In this document: piece after piece, positions 1-9,047 of the stretch
How positions within the stretch are numbered: position 1 is the first letter of the stretch
How the letters are laid out: each line of letters starts with the position of its first letter
Virus record (IMG/VR): IMGVR_UViG_3300034283_001962
Location: 1 to 64,000 of that record
Source of the DNA: a virus
Direction: 5' to 3' (one strand)
DNA length: 64,000 bases
The notes under the pieces: model-generated
What the model was told of the DNA's origin: nothing
Database searches by the model: none
Seen by the model: only the letters and a program-made list of their open reading frames with translations
Made by a program: the position numbers and the translations under genes

Positions 1-3000
1 AATCCATTCTCTTGCAGTCTCTTTTGTTTTAGTACTGAAGTTTGATCTGTTCAGTACAACTTCACCATTCTTCAGATATCTTTGTTCAAAGAATTCAGGC
101 TTTTGTTTCATTAACGCATTCTCAACTTTGAGAACACCTTTAGCTTGAGCTACTGACTTTCCTATAAATCCAGTATGGAAAGCCAACCTGTTTACAATTC
201 TGTAAACGTTAGCATTCTTTCTGATACGACTGTCTGAAGCTAGATCCAGCAACCTACTATGAATACCTTCAATGCTTGTAGAATTAGCTACGTTATGTAG
301 AATATAGTTAAAGGTTTTGGTATAAAGAGCCAGTCTAGGAAGTTTAAGAATAGACGACCTTCTCTGCTTACGGATATCTGCTTCTTCTTTATCATTACCT
401 AAACCTGCCTTGCCGATAGTCTCTTTCATCTTAGCATGATCCTTCAACGACTCCCATCTTGCTTTGAATATTTCAGTAAATTCACTTTCAGCCACAGTAG
501 CAAACATTAACTTAACATACTTAGATGCTGAGTTTTTAACATCAAGACTGAAAATATCTCTATCATACTCATTCTGATTCTTGTTACTTTCATCTGAATC
601 TAAACCCACATCCAAGTCTGCTATTGTAATAGAGTCTTCTTCTTCAGTTGTTTCAAATTCAATATCAAACTGTCTTAAGAAAGTCTTATGATCTGCAACA
701 AAGTCAGCCCAGTTGTCTTTAACAAATTGCCATCCAAAAGGATTACCGTTCTTACCATCACCTAAGATAATGGCTTTAGCTTCAGCTACTAGAGCTTCTT
801 TAGTCTTTTTATCTTTAGTTCTCTCAGATTGTTTTCTAAAGAAAGCTTTAACGTTTACATTAAATTCAGTATCTAACTGTTCAAAGAGTTGATCGTAAAG
901 TTTAGTTGCTTCTTCATCTTTACCTTTTTCTAAAGCTTCAATTAGTTCAGCATCTTCCTTAAAAGCTCTACTGAACATACTTTCAGTCATAGACTGAATA
1001 ACTTCCTGAACAATAACTTCCGGAGCTTTTTGTACGTTCCTAACACGACTATAGTGTTGCTCAGAGTACTTGTAACTACTTACAGTGTCGGCATTCTTAA
1101 ATCCACCACTATCAATCTTCTTAAATAACTCAATAAGATTAGCAGCATATTGTGGATCAGCTCTTGGTCCCATGACCATTTCCATAATCCAATCTAACAG
1201 TTGACGGAATAGACTTTTGTGAACTTTACCTTCTGGTTCTTTACCAGTCAATATAAATTCTCTCATTTCTTCAGCCATTTGTTCTTTGGCTTCCTGGATA
1301 GAAGCTTGAGCAAATGTTTTAGTGTTACCTTCGTAAGTAACAAAAGTTCCTTTTCTATTACTAAACTCGTTATATAAGTCTAGTTGTTCCTTACCGGAAA
1401 AGTACATGTTCCAAACTACTTCAAATGCTTCATGGTAAGTTGTACCTTCTTCTGCATTTTCATATACATATACAGCTGCGTTATGAAGCATACCCCAAGC
1501 ACGAACACCATCAGTAGATTTAATGACCTCTTTCAATTTATTATAAGGGACATTAAACCTCTGTTTAAACCAACCTTCTTCTTTCTCAATATCTGCAACT
1601 TTATATGGTTGACCATATGTATCTTCAAGAATTCTTCTTGTATTTGTTTCAGTTGGATCAATTCCCTCACCTCTTAAGAAATCATCAACGTCATCATCAC
1701 TAACATCATCACCCTTTTCCTCTATTGATTCATCTTGTTTAACTTCTTGTTTTGGATTAGCAGACGGAGCTTGTCCTTCTGGTGCTACTTGAGGAACTTT
1801 AATTGTTCCATTAGTAATACCTGCAGAAATAGCTCCAGCTATAGTAATTTTTGCAGCTGCTGAATAAGCTAACATATCATCAGTAGTATTCAGCTTCTTC
1901 TTCATGGTCTCTGCATTCTTAGCTATCTCAGAATCATTGACAATTAAGTACTCTAGATGTTCTTTAAATTGATCATTGTCTTCTACAGTAATATTTTTTG
2001 GAGTATATGGACCACCAACAGGGACAGTTAAAGTCAATGTCTTTTTTGAAGACTTTGTAACATATTCAAACTGTTGAGTGTTTCCAGTAACAGTGCTTGT
2101 ACTCTTTCCTTTTTTAGCAGGAGGTTTCTTTTCTGCTTCTTTTTTCTCTTTTACTTCTTCTTTCTTAGCAGCTTTAGCTAGCTTAGTAGTATCTAGAATG
2201 AAAGCTCCTCCAGTAGGCATAGAGTACCTGTTCACAAATACAGTTTCACCTGCTTGTGGTTTATTCATTTTCAGAATAAGCTTAGGTTTTCTTGCTTTAC
2301 CTTTAGAATCTTTCTCACTTAATAAGTAATGATTGTAAGACTTCCATACTTCTTTAACATATTGATTACCTTGAGTATCAATAGCTACTTCAACAAATTC
2401 ACGTTGTTCAGTACCAGGAGCTGTTTTATGTTGCTCTAGTAATAAATGTTGATCAACTTGATGATAAGCTTCTTTTAAGAAGTCTTTAATACTCTCTTCA
2501 TTAGCTTCAATACCTAAAGGACTAAGATTAACAACTTGAATCTTTCCTGTATTAGGATTCTTAAACCTTAATCCTTTCCTGATCCACATTTGAGAGTTAC
2601 CGATTTTATCAGCATCTTCATTCTCTGTTGTTTCAACAGGTGGTTTAAAGAATAGAATTCTATCAAGAAACTTCTTAGTACTCTCGTTAAATACTTCCTC
2701 AGCTGGTTTAGTTGCTAATTGGGCAGCAACATATTTAAGGATGTCATAAATATTGTTTATCTCATCCTCAGTGAACTTTTCATTATACACACCTTCAATA
2801 TGAGCATCCTTGTTTAAGAATACTCCACCCTTATTAACTTTAGCTTCAGAAGACGTAGGAGAAACTCCATTGTTATTCTTGAATGCCATAGTTCCTTGTA
2901 CAGTACCTGTACCAATCTCAATGATTGGATTATCTAAATCTTCTTCAGATACTAAACCAAGGGACATTAAACCAGTTCTAGCTTCAGCATTAAATAAAGC

Positions 3001-6000
3001 TCTGTTTAGTCGACCTGCAGATATACTGAAATCATATACTTCAGCTTTATCTTTATCTTCTAGTATTTGTTTCCTGATAGATCTCCACCAATCCTGTATA
3101 CCTTTCTCATTATAATTATCTTCATTTCTGTATCTAGGATCAGTTTTATCATCTTGTTTTACAATAAGATCAGTGCTTGCCAATTGACCAAATATTAGTT
3201 TGGTATAATCAACAGCTTCACCTACTTTCGGTCCTATCTTGTTACCTTCTTGATCAATATAAAACAGATCATTACCTTCTTTGATTACATAAACAGAAGC
3301 AATAACATCTTGATCATTTTCACTCCCAGCAGCAGGAGTAAATTCAATAAACTTAGGAAGACCAAACTTATCCTGATTGTATTTAGTAATCAGCATAACT
3401 TTAACCTTACTCTTATCTCCTTTAAAAGAACTCTTGGTCATATTATCCAAGAAAGCTTCTTTCCTTTTCTCATGGTTATTATGAGGGGTGGGCATTCCTT
3501 CAGGAGCTACATACTCAGATGCTATTTGAAGCAAGCTCTTCTTAGCTAGTTCTTTAAACTCACCTGGCGTATTTTCACCTTCATTACCACTAGCATTTTT
3601 ACCAGCAGCATCATCTATTTCTTTTTGCTTCTCAACATCTTCTCTTATCTTCTTCTCATCTTCAATCAGTTGCATTGCTTTGTCAATGACAGGAGCGAAC
3701 TCATCAAGAACTTCTTGAGCAAGTTCATTGCCGTTTGAAGCCAAAGTCTGTAACATCTCCAGTCTTTTAACCAGAGGAACTGATGCAAAAGAAATATCTC
3801 TGTTTAACTCAGTTAATGGATCATATCTTACGTTCTGTAAAATTACCCTTAACTTCTCATTGAGTTGTTCAGTGTTAACAGATGCTTCATTGATATTCTT
3901 ATAGTTATCAGGAAGGTCGGTAGCTTGCTGTAAGATGAACTTATCAGCGTACTTATCTCCTTTCCTAATATCTGCAAGCTTGTTGAAACGATTGGTTGTT
4001 TCTCTCATTGCCAGATTTATGCCGGCAAAGTTCTCCATCTCAGATTGCTGCTTTTGTTCCAGAATGATATTTCTTTCAGCATTCTTCGGATCAAACATGT
4101 AACCTTTCTGATCAGTTTTATAAACAGTCAAGAAGTCAGCATTCTCTTTTTGGAAAGTTTCTTTTGCTTTTGTTGCGTCAGCTAACTCTTCCTCAGCTAA
4201 ATTGATGATGTCTTCTTCTATCTTACCTAAAGACTCACTGAGTCTGAATAAACCTTCAACCCTCGTCTTTGCTTGTAGTTCGTTAGCTATCAGCTGATTA
4301 ACTCCAAGCAAAGGATCACCTATAGCAAAAACAGCATCTGTTCTTACTTTAGATTTCTTAGCTTCTTCAATAAGGAACTGTTGACGAGCACCTAGTTCAA
4401 ACAACTTTTTCTTTCTGAAAGCAGTAAGTTCAGGTTGTTTACCGTTATCAACTACATTTCTGTTAATGTCATCATATAAATCCTGAAGCTTTTTAGCTTT
4501 GATTTTAAGTTCATTTACTTTAGAAACAGCTTGTTCTTTGTTAGTACTGTCATAACCTAGAATATTAAGATCCTCTTCTTTAATATTCTGCATGTTATCA
4601 AGCTTCTCCAGTAACCCTTCGGCATTTCCCAACTCAAAATGAGCTAAAGCAAATTGAGAGAACATTTCGTTCTCATACATATTAGCCAAGGTTTGATTAC
4701 CAGCATCTTTAGAGTTATTCATTAACTCTAACAGATGAGTTCTTTCAATAACGCCGGCTTGAAATTCTTCTAATTTCTTTTGATTGAAAATAGGATTACC
4801 TTTTTCGTCACGCTTCAATTGTTTAGTAACGATTTCGTTACCTTCAGCATCCTTAGATTTCAGTTCTTCATATTCATATATATCTTTAAGTCCTTTAAAA
4901 GAAGCTGCGATATTATTATATGTAGATACTTGTTTATTTAATGCTCTGTCTTTAGCTTTATCAGCTCTTGTAGATAGAACTCCTCCTACAATACCTCCAA
5001 GTATAGCACCAAGACCTATAGATGTTGCTGCTTCTTTATCATTTCCTGTTACAGCATTTACACTTTGTTCTAGGAAATTATCCATAACAGAACTTGAGTA
5101 TTTCTTATTCTGATAGTTAGGAGAATACTTAGCTTCGTTAAAACGAGAAATAGCTAACTGCACGTTCTCTTCCCAAAAACCTTCAGCAGCAATACCTTGA
5201 GCTGCCTTCTTTCCAAAAGATTTCAGGTAGTTAGGTTTAACAAATTGAGCAGCATCTGTAAGACCGTCTGCAAACTTGATACTTCCTGCATCTGCTCTAG
5301 ATGTAGAAGGTAAGCGTTTGAATATAAGATTGGCTTCCCATAAGTTGGATAAAGCCAATGCTATCATATTACCTTTAAAAGTTCCAAGAGCAGCTTCAGC
5401 ACCTACTTTAGTTAACTCTTCTTGAGTATATTCAATTCCTGTTGCAGGATTAACCCTTCCTTCCAGAGATTCAATTACTTTCTTTTTAGTCTCTGCAGCT
5501 TCAACCATTGATTCAGAAGCAGTTGATAAGAAGGTTTGAGTACCTACGTCAATGTTTCTAGCTAACTTTGCATTACTAATCCACTTCGCAACTCTCGGTA
5601 AAGTATTAAGAGCATCATATGTTTTATCGGCTGTACTAACAGCTTTTAAACCTTGGTTAATTGCTGTAGCTGTTTCAGCAGTTTGTTCAATCTTTCTTCC
5701 GAGTCCTAAAGCATTAAGACCTTTAATAGCTCTTGCGCCTAAACCAATTTTAGCAATTGCCATTCCCGGAAACATAGAAGAAACCATAAAAGCTGCACCA
5801 TCAGAAAAGTCTTCTGTCCAGAAGTTTAGATCAGTTAAAGCCCTACTCCAAAATCCTTTATCCCTATCTACAGCTTCTTGGTAAATAGGCATCCAATCAT
5901 TCTTGATATCATTTTCAAGACTGTTAAACCAGTTAGACAGTGCATTGTCAGCAGTACGAGCCATCCAAGAATTCAACTTATCTTCAAAAGTTATTCCTTC

Positions 6001-6390
6001 GTTTCCATATAGACTGTTAACAATTCCTGCTCCAAGATAACTAATACCAGCTCCCGTTTTAGTAAGAGCTGTTGTAGCAAATCTACCCATTCCTGATGCA
6101 ATAGAACTTAATGTAGATTGATTACGAGCATAGATATCTTCTTGATCAGCTCTCTCAGGATTAAATCCTAATATAGAATCATCATATCTCTGAGCAGTCT
6201 TTAATGGACTAAAGATATTTTCAGGAGCATACTGAGCATTAGAGGCATTCATAAATCTTAAACCATCAGCAACTGCTGCTGCAGCTAATGATTTAGGTTC
6301 ATTTATTTCTGAAACTCTGTCAAATAAAAGAGAACTAAGACCCTTTGTAGCTGGTCTAGTTATACCTTGTTGTAAAGGTGTGTCTGCCAT
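1..6390 (-). CDS. Giant (>2100 aa, 3'-truncated by window edge) virion cargo protein; position typical of the crAss-like virion RNA polymerase/large ejected protein
   Basis: ATG at 6388-6390 (MADTPLQQGITRP...); the minus-strand frame appears to stay open to the window edge (spot-checked); zincin-like TTYHEAFE segment at ~1420-1443; lies downstream of tail and cargo genes. No RNAP catalytic motif was identified in the window. Confidence 0.7.
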   Translation of the reverse strand, partial: MADTPLQQGITRPATKGLSSLLFDRVSEINEPKSLAAAAVADGLRFMNASNAQYAPENIFSPLKTAQRYDDSILGFNPERADQEDIYARNQSTLSSIASGMGRFATTALTKTGAGISYLGAGIVNSLYGNEGITFEDKLNSWMARTADNALSNWFNSLENDIKNDWMPIYQEAVDRDKGFWSRALTDLNFWTEDFSDGAAFMVSSMFPGMAIAKIGLGARAIKGLNALGLGRKIEQTAETATAINQGLKAVSTADKTYDALNTLPRVAKWISNAKLARNIDVGTQTFLSTASESMVEAAETKKKVIESLEGRVNPATGIEYTQEELTKVGAEAALGTFKGNMIALALSNLWEANLIFKRLPSTSRADAGSIKFADGLTDAAQFVKPNYLKSFGKKAAQGIAAEGFWEENVQLAISRFNEAKYSPNYQNKKYSSSVMDNFLEQSVNAVTGNDKEAATSIGLGAILGGIVGGVLSTRADKAKDRALNKQVSTYNNIAASFKGLKDIYEYEELKSKDAEGNEIVTKQLKRDEKGNPIFNQKKLEEFQAGVIERTHLLELMNNSKDAGNQTLANMYENEMFSQFALAHFELGNAEGLLEKLDNMQNIKEEDLNILGYDSTNKEQAVSKVNELKIKAKKLQDLYDDINRNVVDNGKQPELTAFRKKKLFELGARQQFLIEEAKKSKVRTDAVFAIGDPLLGVNQLIANELQAKTRVEGLFRLSESLGKIEEDIINLAEEELADATKAKETFQKENADFLTVYKTDQKGYMFDPKNAERNIILEQKQQSEMENFAGINLAMRETTNRFNKLADIRKGDKYADKFILQQATDLPDNYKNINEASVNTEQLNEKLRVILQNVRYDPLTELNRDISFASVPLVKRLEMLQTLASNGNELAQEVLDEFAPVIDKAMQLIEDEKKIREDVEKQKEIDDAAGKNASGNEGENTPGEFKELAKKSLLQIASEYVAPEGMPTPHNNHEKRKEAFLDNMTKSSFKGDKSKVKVMLITKYNQDKFGLPKFIEFTPAAGSENDQDVIASVYVIKEGNDLFYIDQEGNKIGPKVGEAVDYTKLIFGQLASTDLIVKQDDKTDPRYRNEDNYNEKGIQDWWRSIRKQILEDKDKAEVYDFSISAGRLNRALFNAEARTGLMSLGLVSEEDLDNPIIEIGTGTVQGTMAFKNNNGVSPTSSEAKVNKGGVFLNKDAHIEGVYNEKFTEDEINNIYDILKYVAAQLATKPAEEVFNESTKKFLDRILFFKPPVETTENEDADKIGNSQMWIRKGLRFKNPNTGKIQVVNLSPLGIEANEESIKDFLKEAYHQVDQHLLLEQHKTAPGTEQREFVEVAIDTQGNQYVKEVWKSYNHYLLSEKDSKGKARKPKLILKMNKPQAGETVFVNRYSMPTGGAFILDTTKLAKAAKKEEVKEKKEAEKKPPAKKGKSTSTVTGNTQQFEYVTKSSKKTLTLTVPVGGPYTPKNITVEDNDQFKEHLEYLIVNDSEIAKNAETMKKKLNTTDDMLAYSAAAKITIAGAISAGITNGTIKVPQVAPEGQAPSANPKQEVKQDESIEEKGDDVSDDDVDDFLRGEGIDPTETNTRRILEDTYGQPYKVADIEKEEGWFKQRFNVPYNKLKEVIKSTDGVRAWGMLHNAAVYVYENAEEGTTYHEAFEVVWNMYFSGKEQLDLYNEFSNRKGTFVTYEGNTKTFAQASIQEAKEQMAEEMREFILTGKEPEGKVHKSLFRQLLDWIMEMVMGPRADPQYAANLIELFKKIDSGGFKNADTVSSYKYSEQHYSRVRNVQKAPEVIVQEVIQSMTESMFSRAFKEDAELIEALEKGKDEEATKLYDQLFEQLDTEFNVNVKAFFRKQSERTKDKKTKEALVAEAKAIILGDGKNGNPFGWQFVKDNWADFVADHKTFLRQFDIEFETTEEEDSITIADLDVGLDSDESNKNQNEYDRDIFSLDVKNSASKYVKLMFATVAESEFTEIFKARWESLKDHAKMKETIGKAGLGNDKEEADIRKQRRSSILKLPRLALYTKTFNYILHNVANSTSIEGIHSRLLDLASDSRIRKNANVYRIVNRLAFHTGFIGKSVAQAKGVLKVENALMKQKPEFFEQRYLKNGEVVLNRSNFSTKTKETAREWI

Positions 6391-6394
6391 ATTA

Positions 6395-9016
6395 TTATTT
6401 TCCTAGGGTTTTTATCATTTCTGCTTCAAGTTCATTGATAGATATTTTATCAGATACCTTGCTGTAAAAATATTCTACAGCTCTTTTAGCTGCTCCAGCA
6501 TTTGGAAACTCACCAATATCTAAATGTCTAAATCCTACAGTTTTTCCATCTTGAACTTGAGGTATTGCTATTGTTGCAATTAGTGTTCTAGTTTTAGTTG
6601 GATCTACTCTTAATCCATAATTTCTTGCAACTCTATCATTTCCTGTAACAAACATTGATCCTACAAACTGTTGTTTTTCACTATAAGAAGTTCTTCCTCC
6701 AGAACCCTTTCTAAACAATCCTTCAGTTAACTCAGGCATATCATCACCTAAGAAATTTCTATACAACCAAAGATCATCAGCAGGATTTACAGCAGGTTTT
6801 AAACTGTTCTTTAAGTTACTTACATCAACATCTGCAGTTATTGTTTTAGCATCATTACCACTTCCTAGTCTCCAAGATGCTCTCATTTTCACTTTTCCAT
6901 CTAAGTCCAAATATCCACCAATAATTTCTATATCTTTAACGTTGCTAGGAAGGCTTCCTGCATCAACAGTATTACCTGCAATATCAATTACATTTCCCTG
7001 AGCTATATTATTCTGAACCGATTTTTGATATAAATCCCACTCACCTGTTGTCTTTTGTTTATCAGATGCTGATGCATAAAGCATCCGAGGTGTAACAGCT
7101 TCATCCCATTCTTTATATATTTTGTCTTTAAGAGAATTAAGTTCGTTTAAATTAATACCATATTTACCTAAGGTTTCAGTAATTTGTTTTCTATTATCAC
7201 CAAAACTATCTAGAAACTGAGCATATTTGCTACCGCTTTTAACTACATATGTGGGAGTTCCTCCTCCAGCACTAATAGGAAGAGTTGAAGGAGATAGTTC
7301 TATACTCTCATCTCTCATTCTAGCTAATTCACCTAAACTGATCTTTGTTTCTTTACCACTTTTATCCTTAAAAGAAAGTATCTCATTTGGATTAACCATC
7401 TTTCTACCTTCTGTTGCTTTTGCAGTAACATTATCATCAGATTGTTTTAAAAGACCTGCAGCTGTACCTTTAGCTATGTTACTAAGGTGAGCTTCTCTAA
7501 AAGCTTTATTTGACAAAGGAATTGGTCCAGTAAACGTTCCATCTAATGATGCTCTCTTGTAATTTATGGTAGCATCTTGAGCAAGTTTCATTACTCTTTC
7601 TCTGTCTGCTTTACTTTTCCATCTATATCCATCTGGAGAAGTTGGATCAATAATGAGTCCACTTTGATCAGCAGCATCAGGATTAGACATATCCTTTAAA
7701 GTAAAAGCATAAGCTTTTAATGAAGCTTCTTGTGCAACTCCACCTTGAGATAAATTTTCATTTAAACCTGCAATCTTTTCTTGTGTTGCTTTGGTACTAT
7801 ATATATTTTGATACTTTGAACTATTAGGATCAACGTTAATTGCTTCTGCTCCATCAACACTAGAAATTCCTCCACTATCTTTACCATCAGTAAGTGCTTT
7901 TAGTCGAGCAGTTTCAGCTTCTATTCCTCTATATATTAACTCTTGTTCCTTAGCCCATACATTAAAAGCCGGAGAAACTTCAGCATCTTTCTTTTGCTGT
8001 CTGAACTGATATGCACCTGAATAGCTGGTTTCTATTTTCTCTCTCCACATATCTCCTGCAATCTGTTCTCTGTTAAATGCAGGTGTACCGTAGCTTTCTT
8101 TTACTTGAGTAGCAAGATTATTATAAGAACTGGCGTACTGAGCATGTTGATCTGCAATATTTTTATACTTTAGTTTGTCATCATCTGACATACCTTCGGT
8201 TAGTAATGCAACATTATTATAGTAATCTGACATTTGAGTAGCACGGTTTGCAATCTCAGTATAAAGTCCGGTACTTGTATTAACTAGCTCCTCATCAGAT
8301 TTTCCGTAAGTGTTATACCAGCCATCAATACTAATAGCTTTTCTATCGTCAGCTGTAAGACTTGCTTCAATTGCAGCTTTTATTCTGGTTGCATCAAGTA
8401 TCTTATCTTCATTCTTCAACATTACTTTTCCACCAGTAAGACTATAATCAATATCTTCCATTCCTTTTAGAGTACTAATAACATCTTTTATCTTCTTATG
8501 AACATCATCAGCTGTAATATTGTGAATGCTCGTAGGACCACCATAGGTCAATCCTGCTTCCTTATTTGAAGCTGATACGTATTGATTCACATAATCTTTT
8601 ACATAGGCTTCATTAGCAGCTGAGTACCCTTTACCTGATTTCCTAGCTTCATCTATAGATGATTCCAAAACCTGAATCTTTCTAGCTGCTTCTACAGATA
8701 CTGTAATTGCTGGATCTTTAGCTATCTGAGATGCTAAGCTTCCTACTTGCATTTGAAGATTCATTTTACCAAAATCAGCTCCAGTTACTCCTTCTAAAGA
8801 GGTTCTAAGCTTTTCCATCTTTTCGGTAAGTAGAGCTATATTTGCATCTCCAACTACAGGTAAACCACCAATGGTATCTATATATCCTTGTATACGCTGA
8901 ACTCCTTCATCATAACGTTGTTGTTTTAACATACCTGTACGCATATATTCGTCTACGGGTAGTTGCTGAATGTAAGGATTAAATTGTATACCTTGAGTAT
9001 CGGTAAATGAAGCCAT
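6395..9016 (-). CDS. Virion cargo/ejection protein (873 aa)
   Basis: Long ORF with N-terminus MASFTD..FNPYIQQLP, in the cargo block upstream of the giant ORF; synteny with crAss-like phages. Confidence 0.55.
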   Translation of the reverse strand: MASFTDTQGIQFNPYIQQLPVDEYMRTGMLKQQRYDEGVQRIQGYIDTIGGLPVVGDANIALLTEKMEKLRTSLEGVTGADFGKMNLQMQVGSLASQIAKDPAITVSVEAARKIQVLESSIDEARKSGKGYSAANEAYVKDYVNQYVSASNKEAGLTYGGPTSIHNITADDVHKKIKDVISTLKGMEDIDYSLTGGKVMLKNEDKILDATRIKAAIEASLTADDRKAISIDGWYNTYGKSDEELVNTSTGLYTEIANRATQMSDYYNNVALLTEGMSDDDKLKYKNIADQHAQYASSYNNLATQVKESYGTPAFNREQIAGDMWREKIETSYSGAYQFRQQKKDAEVSPAFNVWAKEQELIYRGIEAETARLKALTDGKDSGGISSVDGAEAINVDPNSSKYQNIYSTKATQEKIAGLNENLSQGGVAQEASLKAYAFTLKDMSNPDAADQSGLIIDPTSPDGYRWKSKADRERVMKLAQDATINYKRASLDGTFTGPIPLSNKAFREAHLSNIAKGTAAGLLKQSDDNVTAKATEGRKMVNPNEILSFKDKSGKETKISLGELARMRDESIELSPSTLPISAGGGTPTYVVKSGSKYAQFLDSFGDNRKQITETLGKYGINLNELNSLKDKIYKEWDEAVTPRMLYASASDKQKTTGEWDLYQKSVQNNIAQGNVIDIAGNTVDAGSLPSNVKDIEIIGGYLDLDGKVKMRASWRLGSGNDAKTITADVDVSNLKNSLKPAVNPADDLWLYRNFLGDDMPELTEGLFRKGSGGRTSYSEKQQFVGSMFVTGNDRVARNYGLRVDPTKTRTLIATIAIPQVQDGKTVGFRHLDIGEFPNAGAAKRAVEYFYSKVSDKISINELEAEMIKTLGK

Positions 9017-9047
9017 ATTACAAAGTTAAATAAAATATTTTAATTAA

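Noticed and set aside
1384-5884. Plus-strand ORFs of 80-110 aa in the track
   Set aside because: They are antisense shadows of the giant minus-strand ORF, which the track omitted because it runs off the window.
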